A stretch of 62,364 nt of DNA, filler included, from Sanchytrium tribonematis (taxonomy: Eukaryota): NCBI GenBank assembly GCA_018985235.1. It is 14 parts of 14 records of this genome, joined end to end, with 100 filler letters (N's around TTAATTAATTAA, not from the genome) between each part and the next. Parts side by side here need not be neighbours in the genome. Positions count along the whole stretch, not along the records: positions 1 to 21,557 come from JADGIG010000090.1; 13 more parts are not named here. The stretch is one strand, 5' to 3'. Within the stretch, counting starts at the first letter, position 1, and every line of letters begins with the position of its first letter. Of this stretch, positions 1 to 9,817 are shown piece by piece. The notes beneath the pieces were generated by a model. It ran no database searches. It saw only the letters and a list, made by a program, of their open reading frames with translations, and was not told the DNA's origin. A program made the translations under genes and the position numbers.

Positions 1-192
1 AAAAAAAGGCGACCTAAAGCTCCTTCCCCGATATCTAGTAAAAGACCAAAGTTTGATGTCAAGTCATTGATCCAACAATCAAATAATTTTGCATCCGAGT
101 ACGATGATTTTATGGATTTTCAGCCAGGACTTGATCGACTTTTAGAAGAATGCGAAAAGGATATCTTAAACACAAAGAATCTTTTACATTAG
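1..192 (+). CDS. 3' end of an unidentified protein (partial, runs in from the window edge)
   Basis: Frame 1 is open from base 1 (KKRRPKAPSPISSKRPKF...KNLLH) to TAG TGA at 190-195; basic NLS-like stretch. Confidence 0.5.
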   Translation, partial: KKRRPKAPSPISSKRPKFDVKSLIQQSNNFASEYDDFMDFQPGLDRLLEECEKDILNTKNLLH

Positions 193-387
193 TGATATAA
201 ATAAATTGCAAACACTTCAAAAGACATAATAATCCATTGATTTTGGTAAATAAATCAGTAACGTATACCCAGAAACCTGCCTCTTGAAAAGCACTAGATT
301 AACATCAATAGTGAATTAAATTTTAATTACATTCAATTTGAATTAAAGATATTATTAATTCTTTAATTCATATTTCCCTGTAACAAA

Positions 388-1452
388 ATGTTGAGCGAAT
401 TTCCAAAAAATATTTTAAAAGACTTAACATTACCAAATTGGGAAGTTAATGAACCTCGACATAGCACTCCTCTAAATGGTTATATGTACATTGACACAAT
501 ACAGGCACTAAAAGCTATGATCGAGGATTTGAAAAATCATTCAGAAATTGCTGTGGATGTCGAGCACTACGCATTCCATTCTTATTCAGGTGATACATGC
601 CTTATACAAATATCGACGAGATGTCATGATTACATCGTAGATGCATTGAAGTTAAAAAATCAATTATTCGGCTTAAATACTATATTTTGCAACAAAGATA
701 TTATAAAGGTTTTACACGATGCTTCTTCAGATATTATTTGGCTTCAAAAAGATCTTGGATTATATCTCGTAAACATTTTCGATACATTTATTGCTTGTAA
801 AAATCTAGATAAAGGAGGACAGTCTCTAGCAAAATTATTGAAATTTTATTGTAATATTGAAAGTGATAAGTCACATCAAAGAGCTGACTGGTCCATCAGG
901 CCTCTTCCAAAAGATTGCTTGATATATGCACAATGTGACACACATTTTCTACTTGAAATTTACGATAATCTTAGAAATGAACTTATAATTACTAATGCTA
1001 TAGAGGTTTTCTTTTCACAATACAAAATTGCATCTTACAAAAACATCAAACCACTTTTACCTTATGATTACAAAAGCAGTTGGAAAAGTCATTTGGAAAA
1101 ATTTAAAAAGTCATATAAGCGAAAAATTAGCCCCTTGAGTGTGCTAACCTTTAAGTTCTTGCACTATTTTAGGGACTCCATTGGACGGCATAAGAATCTT
1201 AATATCCACCGGGTATTTACAAACAAGGATCTGTTCAAGATCTCTTTTTATCTTCCTCAAGATCTCTGTATGCTCCGTAAAAACATATCCAAACAAACAC
1301 TCACAGGCCACATTATACCATTTCTTGATAAATTGCTCGCAGTTCTGCATTATGCTCCTACCCTTGTAAATGTTAGAAAATTAAAGTTTTATGCAGAAGA
1401 TATAGATATGATTAAAGCAATATTGTCTTTGGATGAAATTGACACTGAATAA
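388..1452 (+). CDS. RRP6: Rrp6/EXOSC10-like 3'-5' exonuclease (DEDDy domain plus HRDC-like region)
   Basis: AVDVEH, TCLIQISTR, HDASSDIIWLQKD, ADWSIRPLP and YAQCDTHFLL motifs of the Rrp6/RNase D family. Confidence 0.88.
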   Translation: MLSEFPKNILKDLTLPNWEVNEPRHSTPLNGYMYIDTIQALKAMIEDLKNHSEIAVDVEHYAFHSYSGDTCLIQISTRCHDYIVDALKLKNQLFGLNTIFCNKDIIKVLHDASSDIIWLQKDLGLYLVNIFDTFIACKNLDKGGQSLAKLLKFYCNIESDKSHQRADWSIRPLPKDCLIYAQCDTHFLLEIYDNLRNELIITNAIEVFFSQYKIASYKNIKPLLPYDYKSSWKSHLEKFKKSYKRKISPLSVLTFKFLHYFRDSIGRHKNLNIHRVFTNKDLFKISFYLPQDLCMLRKNISKQTLTGHIIPFLDKLLAVLHYAPTLVNVRKLKFYAEDIDMIKAILSLDEIDTE

Positions 1453-1478
1453 TGTTGGAAATAAATTGAGGTTCAAAT

Positions 1479-1679
1479 TTATTTAACAATTGAGCCTTTG
1501 GCATTCTGCTCATACTTCATAATTTCACTTTGAGTTTCTATTGGCAAATCTTTTAGAGACACCTTTTTAACTACCACTACACTTTGTTCCTTCACATTTG
1601 ACTTCTTGGTAAAGATTGGCAAAGTCCAAAAGGTCACAAACGCCGACCAAATTGTGATAAAGATTTTGCAAAAGCTCAT
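1479..1679 (-). CDS. small single-pass membrane protein, unknown function
   Basis: ATG start, hydrophobic N-terminal helix, fills the gap between Rrp6 and Orc4. Confidence 0.4.
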   Translation of the reverse strand: MSFCKIFITIWSAFVTFWTLPIFTKKSNVKEQSVVVVKKVSLKDLPIETQSEIMKYEQNAKGSIVK

Positions 1680-1788
1680 CCTGACCTTTTAACATCGAGC
1701 CACTTTTTGGCCTATATATAGTCCAATTATAAATTTCAGCGATTCTAGGCATTATATTGACAGACGTTACTCGCACAATTTTTCTTAC

Positions 1789-2697
1789 ATGCGCCAAATT
1801 CCTTTTCATTCTGAATTACTAGAAAAAATTATAAATTGTCCAACAAGATCACTAATAGTATTAAAGGACCCTAGCATTGTGAATCTTTATAACGAATTGG
1901 ACAATTCCAAAATAATTCGTCCAGGATTAGATTCTCTGGATGTTACCGAGGATGAGATACATGATTTTGATTATATAGTTATTGAAAATGCTGAACAAAT
2001 TGTAAATCAACCAATTTTATATACCGTGCTAGATCAAATACAATACAGTAATTGTAAAATTATTTTGTCCACTTGCAAAACTGATTTATTAGATTTATTC
2101 GAGAAAAGGATTAAAAGTAGATTTAATAATTGTGTCATCAATCTATTTGAATTTTACATGAGTAAATCTGGTTGCGAGATTGTGACTGAGATTTTAAAAA
2201 ACATGGATGCAGATAATGATTCCCTCGAACGATTTGAAGAAAATAGGTCTAAAATCAATGAATACTGGGAAACCTGCCAAAATATTGGGCTTTTGTTTCC
2301 GATTTCTAATGCGATTATTTGCAATGATAACTTAGATCCTCTATTTCCCAACAGATTAGATATTTTAAAATTGACCGATATGGAAAAAAATATTTTAGTA
2401 GTCTGCATTGAGCAAAATCAAATTCATCCATATATTACTTGTGAATTAATTAAAAAGTATATTGAAAAGAAATACAGGTTTTCTTCCCTAGTACTACAAC
2501 AAAAAATGGACCGCCTGTGTGAGCTTGGATTTATAGTGCCTTGTGAGTTAAATTGGAGGGCCGCTGGAATTCCCAGGAAATACCAACCTTTTCAATGTAT
2601 TGCTGACAATTATGATTTGGCTACATTACAAAATCAAAAATTAGAAATTCACGGCGATTTTGACAATTCGTACTTTAGTTTTGAAAGAGAAGAATAA
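1789..2697 (+). CDS. ORC4: reduced origin recognition complex subunit 4
   Basis: QPILYTVLD and STCKTDLLDLFEKRIKSRF match the Orc4 signature (QTLLYNLFD...LLEKRVKSRF); C-terminal winged-helix-like region. Confidence 0.7.
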   Translation: MRQIPFHSELLEKIINCPTRSLIVLKDPSIVNLYNELDNSKIIRPGLDSLDVTEDEIHDFDYIVIENAEQIVNQPILYTVLDQIQYSNCKIILSTCKTDLLDLFEKRIKSRFNNCVINLFEFYMSKSGCEIVTEILKNMDADNDSLERFEENRSKINEYWETCQNIGLLFPISNAIICNDNLDPLFPNRLDILKLTDMEKNILVVCIEQNQIHPYITCELIKKYIEKKYRFSSLVLQQKMDRLCELGFIVPCELNWRAAGIPRKYQPFQCIADNYDLATLQNQKLEIHGDFDNSYFSFEREE

Positions 2698-2699
2698 AT

Positions 2700-3560
2700 T
2701 TATTTTTCCTTCTTTTTCTCGGCCCATTGTACTAAAATAGGCTTGTCTTCAATAATAAGTTGGTTATAAGCGCCAGTGGCAGCTTTCTCAGCAGATTCGC
2801 GGTCTTTAAAATTGATGAAAGCCGCCCGCTTTTTTTTGTTGATAATTACACTTTTAACCTCACCATAACGGTTAAAAAGTTCATCAAGCGTTGTCTCGTT
2901 AATATTCAAAGGCAAATTTTCCAGCAAAAGCGTCATTATTTTAGTATTTTCGGGTGGCGTTATAATATCTTCTTCATTCATTTTGCCTAAGATTCTAGCA
3001 GCCAGCGGATCATCGATTCCGAAGTATCGATTTCTATATATCCTCTTTCCATCAGTATTATCATCCAATAAAACTTTCTCATGCAGATAAGGACATTCCG
3101 CACCTCGATTGCATTTGTCTCTTACCCAAAATGTACACACATTTGCTTTTCTGTTATATAATTTATGTTTATGAGTCCGAGATAAGTCTCTAAGCAATTT
3201 GTCCTGCTCTGCTGTGGGTTTTTGCCTGTAGTACGCACCTTTCTTCAGTTGATTTCGAAGTTGTTCCAAATAATATTGCTTATTTGTTTCCGTAGTAGGC
3301 AATTCATTTTCTATCTGCATAACTGATTGAATCACTTGAACAGGAAGCACATAAGATATGTCCATCAGGCAACACTGGCAACAGTTTTTTAATTTCGAGC
3401 AAGTGGGACAGATCTCAGTTATAGATTTAGGCTTCCAATGAAAACCATCGAATGAACGGTCACAAACTCTGCATTGTCTAATACTCTTTATCATTTTTTT
3501 GTCTCCACTCAAGCAAAGCGCACAAGCAATTGGAAAATCAGCAGTGTCGTATGCCTGCAT
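2700..3560 (-). CDS. RBM22: pre-mRNA splicing factor RBM22/Ecm2/Cwf5 (N-terminal Zn domain, CCCH finger, RRM)
   Basis: True start MQAYDTADFPIAC at 3560; TEICPTCSKLKNCCQCCLMD, CTFWVRDKCNRGAECPYLHE, RYFGIDDPLA, RRM with AAFINF. Confidence 0.93.
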   Translation of the reverse strand: MQAYDTADFPIACALCLSGDKKMIKSIRQCRVCDRSFDGFHWKPKSITEICPTCSKLKNCCQCCLMDISYVLPVQVIQSVMQIENELPTTETNKQYYLEQLRNQLKKGAYYRQKPTAEQDKLLRDLSRTHKHKLYNRKANVCTFWVRDKCNRGAECPYLHEKVLLDDNTDGKRIYRNRYFGIDDPLAARILGKMNEEDIITPPENTKIMTLLLENLPLNINETTLDELFNRYGEVKSVIINKKKRAAFINFKDRESAEKAATGAYNQLIIEDKPILVQWAEKKKEK

Positions 3561-3612
3561 CTCCCTTCGTTTCTTATTTATAATTTTGCTGGGAGAAACT
3601 ATCGAAACAACA

Positions 3613-4539
3613 ATGGAAACTTCAGTTATACTTGTAACCGGCGGTATGGATAGCCAAATCAAATTTTGGGAAGCACTCACAAGGCTAACTTCCAAAACGA
3701 TACCGTTTCCAGAATCCCACTTAAATTGTTTAGACATTAGTGCCGACAAGCATTTTTTGGTTGGCTGTGGCAATTCCATTATCAAACTATTTGACACGAA
3801 GTCCACAACGAAACCTTTAGTTACTCTCGACCACCCTGGGAATGTTGTTTCCAATTATTTTTATGGTCCAGGTCTTATGAGTTGTAGTGAGCAAGATCTT
3901 AGATTATTTGACTTGAGAAGTAATAGTACACCTAAAATTATACCCCACAAAGAAATGCTTACTCAAATGGTTGTACACAAGAATTTTGTAATTGCGGCTG
4001 ATCAAATTGGTCAAATTACCATGTGGGACATACGGTATGAGAAACCATTCCATGCATTATGCCCAGTAGAAGATGTTGCAATGAGATGTTTATCTATCAG
4101 TCCTAATGGAAATTCTCTTTACGCTGTAAACAATAATGGAACTTTATTCAAATGGGAAAATGCTGAATTTGATGAGTCCCCTGCCGATGACACAGTTATG
4201 ATCAATCAATCTTTAAAACTAGCACAATCAGTACAAGCACATTCAAAATATATATTAAAATGCATGATGGCACCAAATGGAGGTGCGCTGGCGACTTGTT
4301 CAGCTGACTCGACCATCAAGCTTTGGCGTCCAGATGATCTCTCCGAAATTAAAACTCTGAAAGGGCATTCAAGATGGGTTTGGGATTGCCGATTTTCAGC
4401 TGACTCTCAGTATTTAGTTAGTGTCAGCAGTGACCATTCAGCAAGACTTTGGGATTTAAATCAAGGAGAATCTATTAGGCAGTACACCGGACATCAGAAA
4501 GCTGTTGTTTGCGTCGCATTAAATGATCAAGCCTCATAA
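3613..4539 (+). CDS. LST8: TOR complex subunit Lst8 (WD40)
   Basis: METSVILVTGGMDSQIKFWEA start; AHSKYILKC, GHSRWVWDCRFSADSQYLVS, YTGHQKAVVCVALND. Confidence 0.95.
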   Translation: METSVILVTGGMDSQIKFWEALTRLTSKTIPFPESHLNCLDISADKHFLVGCGNSIIKLFDTKSTTKPLVTLDHPGNVVSNYFYGPGLMSCSEQDLRLFDLRSNSTPKIIPHKEMLTQMVVHKNFVIAADQIGQITMWDIRYEKPFHALCPVEDVAMRCLSISPNGNSLYAVNNNGTLFKWENAEFDESPADDTVMINQSLKLAQSVQAHSKYILKCMMAPNGGALATCSADSTIKLWRPDDLSEIKTLKGHSRWVWDCRFSADSQYLVSVSSDHSARLWDLNQGESIRQYTGHQKAVVCVALNDQAS

Positions 4540-4595
4540 TAAATTGCAAGAAAATCTTCGTAAATTTATAATTTTCGTAACAGGGAGTTTCAAAT

Positions 4596-6840
4596 ATGGA
4601 AGTTTATCACCAAATAGAAGAAACAGATGGCGTTCGAATGACTTGGAATATACTCCCAAACTGTAAACAAGCAAACACAAAATTAGTCATCCCGACTACG
4701 GTATGTTATACTCCCCTAAACTTACGTGAATTTCAAAATCTCGGATATTACGCTCCTGCCCGTTGCACCAATTGTTCAGCAGTATTAAATCCGTTTACCC
4801 AGATAGACCAAAATGGTTCGTTCTCATGTTTATTTTGCATGTATAAAAATATAATTCCCCAACAAACTTTAGCAAATTTACAGGGTAACATGCTGCCAGA
4901 ATGTCATCCTAGTTATACAACTAATGAGTACATTATTAAACAGTCTCTTCCAATGACCTTGTTATTTGTGGTAGACTTGTCTATTCTTGAAACAGAATTA
5001 GATGCTTTAAAGAAGACATTGCTTGCTTTGATACAGGTTCTACCTGAGAGTACTCAGGTTGGGTTAATTACATTCCACAAGCATGCTTTTCTGCACGATC
5101 TTTCGGATACATTAGGGCTTACCCGTTGCTTTGCGTTTAAAGCCAAGCCTTATACCAGCAAAGATTTTGCAAATATATTACATCTTAATTCACAAAACAA
5201 CAATCCTCAGCAAGCTAAATCATACAAATTCTTAGCGCCATTATCAGAAGTGGAATTTCATTTGACCAATTTAATAGAAGGTTTAAAACCCTCACCTTGG
5301 CCCACTCCGTCTGATCAGCGGTACGAAACATGTACTGGCACAGCTCTTAATTTAGCCACCAGTTTACTGGAGCAGATGGTGCCGAAAACTGGAGCTCGAA
5401 TTCTAACATTTTTAGGCGGACCATGTACTCTTGGACCTGGCCAGATTGTAGACATTCCCTTGAAAAACCATTTGCGTTCGCATCATGACATAGACAAAGA
5501 AAATGCCCCTTTTTTCAAAAAAGCAACAAAGCACTACGATGAGCTGGCGAAAAGAGCGAGTGACAATGGACACGCAATTGATTTGTACACTGGATGCTTG
5601 GATCAAGTAGGTTTGGCTGAAATGAGATCGTTAGCTTCCATGACTAACGGTACCTTAGTTCTGAGTGATTCTTTTATGACATCCATTTTCAAGCAGTCTT
5701 TGTTGAAATTTTTTATGGGTAACGAAGATGGAGATCTGGATATGGGTCTAAATGCAACCATAGAGGTATTCAGTTCTCAAGATTTAAAGGTTTGTGGTTG
5801 TATAGGAAATTTAACAAGTTCGTCCAAGAAGGCTGTCAACGTGTCTGATACTATTATTGGAGTGGGAGGAACTTCCCTATGGAAAACGTCATCTCTGAGC
5901 CCTAGTTCTAGTTTTTCGTTTTACTTTGAAAATTCCTCCACCCAAGCTCAAGGCAAAACCACTGGATATATTCAATTTGCCACGACATATCAAACAGCTG
6001 TCAATACTTACAAGTTGCGAGTGACGACGGTTGCTCGAAAGTACTTTTATTTGATTTAGTTATGGGCAATCTCCGGATGGGCAAGATTCCTTAGCCAGTT
6101 TTGATCAAGAGGCTGCCGTCATTTCTATGGCACGAATTGCAATATTCAAAGCCGAGATAGACGAAGCTGCAGACGTATTACGTTGGTTAGATCGAATGCT
6201 AATTCGCTTATGCCAAAGAGCCGGAGACTTCCAGAAAGATGACGCATCTTCTTTTCATTTGAATCCTTTGTTCACTCAGTTTCCACAATTTTTGTTTCAC
6301 CTTAGAAGATCTCAGTTTTTGCAAGTATTCAACAATTCCCCTGATGAAACTGCATTTTATAGACATATATTAAATCATGAAACTGTTGGAGAGACAATTA
6401 TTATGATCCAGCCTACACTAATGCAGTATACTTGCGAGGCACCTGACAATCCAATTCCAGTATTACTTGATAGTGCATCTGTTACGAATGATAGCATTTT
6501 ACTACTGGACACCTTCTTCCATTTATTAATCCACAAAGGCGAACAAATCGCTCAATGGGTCAAAGAAGGTTATCATGAACAAAAAGAATATTCATATATA
6601 AAAGATCTACTTTTAGCGCCAGAAAGAGATGCTAAAGAGGTACTTGTGGATCGTTTTCCAGTTCCGAGGTACATTGTTTGTGATCAAAATACCTCCCAAG
6701 CTAGATTTTTATTGGCAAAGTTGAATCCATCTTCGACTTATCAATCTAATCAACAAGGCCAAGCTATTTTTACCGATGACGTTTCCCTCCAGGTTTTTAC
6801 AGATCATCTCAAAAAACTTGTAGTTAGCGGTTCTCAATAA
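4596..6840 (+). CDS. SEC23: COPII subunit Sec23; exons 4596-6040 and 6060-6840
   Basis: [11 protein letters not shown], Zn finger, GGPCTLGPG; removing the 19-nt intron gives ...VTTVARNYGQ...[15 protein letters not shown], ending [19 protein letters not shown]. Confidence 0.96.
6041..6059 (+). other. 19-nt spliceosomal intron GTACTTTTATTTGATTTAG
   Basis: GT-AG; contains the premature stop; removal restores the Sec23 frame. Confidence 0.9.
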
Positions 6841-6859
6841 AGGAAATCGTCTGATTCAT

Positions 6860-7655
6860 TTAAGCAGCTTTTTTATTGTTTTTATCCGCAATGGCTTTAG
6901 CGAGTTCCTGTTGTTTTTTCTTTTCACTGATAGAGCGGAAGCTTCTTACTTCGCTTAAACATTCTACCATTTTTCCAAAATAAACTTGTTCAATCAATCT
7001 TCTCAGATTGTTTTCATGTGATTCAACAAGTTTTCCAATATTTAAGATGTGCGATGATGGAAAAGATTCTACAGGGGCAGTCACGCTTGTCTATATTAAA
7101 ATTATTTACAGATCTATGTAAATTACCACCTAAAATGACGGTATTTTGTCCCATGAAAACATGAATGGTACTTGTAAGCTGATACTCAACTTGGCTCCCT
7201 TCTTTAAATTCAATTATATGAATGGCATCCCATTGAGCATTTTCAATCACGTTTTTTATCAATATGGCAACATTGATTTGGTCTTCCACCTGATAAACAT
7301 ATACAGAACTTATTCCGGTTGCATAATATAAATTGGTATAGGTCTCAAATGCACTGTTTAATTCCTTTTCCAGCGATAATAACTTTTCATTTACATCTCC
7401 ATTTTTTTCGGCCTTCTTTGTCTCAAGAGAATAAAACTTGTTATCGAAAGGACTTCTGAAAAGGTCTCCGTCCCTATTGTAATCACTCATCAGGAAAGGC
7501 TGCTCTGATTTGAAAACTTGTAGCGGCTGATCGACACTGGAAAGTAGGTCGTCCGTTAATTCAGGCTTGATATCGATTAAATCCCCTAGAAAATTTTTGG
7601 TAGGTGGTAGCTTTTGATAAATGCTAAGCATATGGTTTAAGGCTTCCTCTGACAT
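6860..7655 (-). CDS. CAPZB: F-actin capping protein beta; exons 7655-7110 and 7090-6860
   Basis: DDLLSSVDQPL, DYNRDGDLFRSPFDN, WDAIHIIE; spliced GGNLHRS|TSV...SHILNIGKLVE...QVYFGK. Confidence 0.94.
7091..7109 (-). other. 19-nt spliceosomal intron GTAAATAATTTTAATATAG
   Basis: GT-AG on the minus strand; removal joins the two CapZ beta frames. Confidence 0.9.
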
Positions 7656-7815
7656 TCACTTCGATTGCAGCAAGTCGTGTTTCAAAAAAGAAGAAATAAA
7701 CCCTGTTTCCGAAAAATTTCAATTTTCTTGAAAATGTTAGCGTTTACTTGCAGTTCAAAAGCATTTAAGAATTTATTCCAGTGCACCGCTTTAGGCCAAA
7801 AGTTTATGAAATCAG

Positions 7816-8832
7816 TTAAGGATCTTTGTGCACTGTTTCTAATTCAACTGGTTCATAATCAGTGTTTGTTTGAAATTCTTCTAAATGTAAAATATAGAAT
7901 CCTAGGCAAAGGACTATCGATCCGATGATCATATTCCATGAAAGATTTGATTTTTGTAGGGCAATATCGCAAAGTAGAACACTTGGAATGCTCAAAAGAC
8001 AGCCAGCTGCAGCAATGGTCGGACTAGTCATTGAAATTAGCTGAAAAAATAAAGTGTCAAATAAAACTCCTGTGAAGACCACTATGCTTAATATCGAAAA
8101 TTCGTACAAGGTTGGAAATTCAAATATTTCTTCTCCTGTTGCGCTGTTGATGGCAATAGGGATCCAGAACGTAAAAAACGAACTAATTCCCATAAGCCCA
8201 GTGAAAAAGAAAGAAAATTGAGAGCTTGGTTTTGATGGATTGACAGCATTTAAATAATACAAATTTTCATACAAGCCATACAAAATAGCTCCTATAAGTC
8301 CTAGAAAATTTCCATATAGATGGCTTTCCTCGGACTCGTAGCCAACAAGAGCAATAATACACACGCCTGACATACTTAGAAGCACCCCAAACCATTTTCG
8401 CAACATAGATTTTTCACCAATTAATAGAATACTAAAAATGTAGGCGAAACAAGTTCCAGAATTGAAAATGGCTGTAAGTTCATTTGTAGTTGTATGCACA
8501 ATAGCCAAATACCAGAAATATGTGCACAAGTTATACAAAGTGACAAGCCAAGCGCTGGTCCACAATATTTGAGAGAATGATCTATCGCTCATATAATCAA
8601 GACATTCCTGGATGTAACTGTATATGTGTGCTTTTGAAGTAATTAATTTAAAGCTAAGACTGTGGCCTTTTCTAATCAAAAATTGGATATATTCTGAAAG
8701 CAACACTAATACGAATGACCCATGCACGCAGTAAACAATAAATGTAGGTTTGTTATAAAATCCTTGCAGATAGCCTGCCATTTCTGTTTGGATGGTCACG
8801 CTCAAAATGGCACCAAATAAAACAAACCACAT
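7816..8832 (-). CDS. EamA/DMT-family (SLC35F-like) transporter
   Basis: About 10 hydrophobic helices; IQTEMAGYLQ, TAIFNSGTCFAYIFSILLIGEK, GAILYGLYE, LLSIP; start taken at MWFVLF (uncertain). Confidence 0.8.
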   Translation of the reverse strand: MWFVLFGAILSVTIQTEMAGYLQGFYNKPTFIVYCVHGSFVLVLLSEYIQFLIRKGHSLSFKLITSKAHIYSYIQECLDYMSDRSFSQILWTSAWLVTLYNLCTYFWYLAIVHTTTNELTAIFNSGTCFAYIFSILLIGEKSMLRKWFGVLLSMSGVCIIALVGYESEESHLYGNFLGLIGAILYGLYENLYYLNAVNPSKPSSQFSFFFTGLMGISSFFTFWIPIAINSATGEEIFEFPTLYEFSILSIVVFTGVLFDTLFFQLISMTSPTIAAAGCLLSIPSVLLCDIALQKSNLSWNMIIGSIVLCLGFYILHLEEFQTNTDYEPVELETVHKDP

Positions 8833-8993
8833 TTTCCGGAACCCTAGGAGTTGCAAAAATAATGAAGAAATTAAGTTACCGCATCTTGAAATCATAATAT
8901 TTATTTGCGCATATTTCACATGTCAGAGCAAGCCTCCAAAACTTCAATTATAATCTTGTCTCAAGAAAATCTAGCTCTCCTTTAAACCAATAA

Positions 8994-9817
8994 ATGTCAC
9001 AGAAAAAAGCTGTCAAAAGTTTGTCCCAGCTAGAGGAACAACTTGCGGCACTGAAAGAAACGGTTATGGTAGAGAGGCTTACAATTTTGGGAATCGAGGA
9101 GGTCCTTACCAAAATAAAGTTTGTACACCCGCAAATACATGATTTGATAAAAATTGCAGCAGAAAAATTTAAAAATGATCTGGAGGGTCAAGCTACAATG
9201 GAGAAACTTACCATTAAACAGGCCGAAAAGCAAAGAGATATAGCAGTGAAGCATGCCAACAAGGAATATGAAAAGAATCTAAAACATGTACGAAAAATAT
9301 TAATACAAGAAGTATTTTACAAAATGCATCATCTCAAGAAAAACAGTGTGCGTCTAGGACCCCATCCATTATCAAAGAGAATAGATCGAATGAGATTGAT
9401 GCACAAATTGAGTTCCAAGCACATTATGCCAACCCCTTCATCTAAATCCACCAACGCAGAATTAGAATTCGATTTGAATGTTATTAAAGTAGATGTTTAT
9501 TAATTTAGAAAAATAGCGAAGATATACCATTTCATTTACAGCCGTTTTCGGATCCATCAGGCATACTGATATATTTTGTTCCGGAGCATTATCTCATCCG
9601 CTATGCTGGAAAATGCATCAAAGCTGGTGATACATTTATGATGGTTATTAATCACCAAAAAACAGAATGTAAATTATTGCAAGTCAGATCGAGAGAAGTA
9701 ATTTGTGTTTTATTAATTGCGTCAAATGCTGAGAAAGTGTTCACTGTAGGAGAACTACGGAGTCCCAAAATTAAATTGGACTTACTGGAAGTCAAAAAAG
9801 AAACAGAAATAAACTGA
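8994..9817 (+). CDS. SDS3: Sds3/BRMS1-like Sin3-HDAC subunit; exons 8994-9488 and 9509-9817
   Basis: Coiled coil LEEQLAALKE...HPQ, ELEFDLNVIK; second exon (absent from the ORF track) resembles the beta-rich Sds3 C-terminal domain (LIRYAGKCIKAGD...CKLLQVRSREV...FTVGELRS). Confidence 0.72.
9489..9508 (+). other. 20-nt spliceosomal intron GTAGATGTTTATTAATTTAG
   Basis: GT-AG, fits the consensus; removal opens a 103-codon exon ending at TGA 9815-9817. Confidence 0.82.

Noticed and set aside
3499..3854. Apparent long antisense overlaps (RBM22/LST8; also 12993-13130 and 16285-16451)
   Set aside because: They come from extending ORFs to upstream non-ATG or non-conserved starts. Recognisable homology or targeting signals begin at downstream ATGs that do not overlap.
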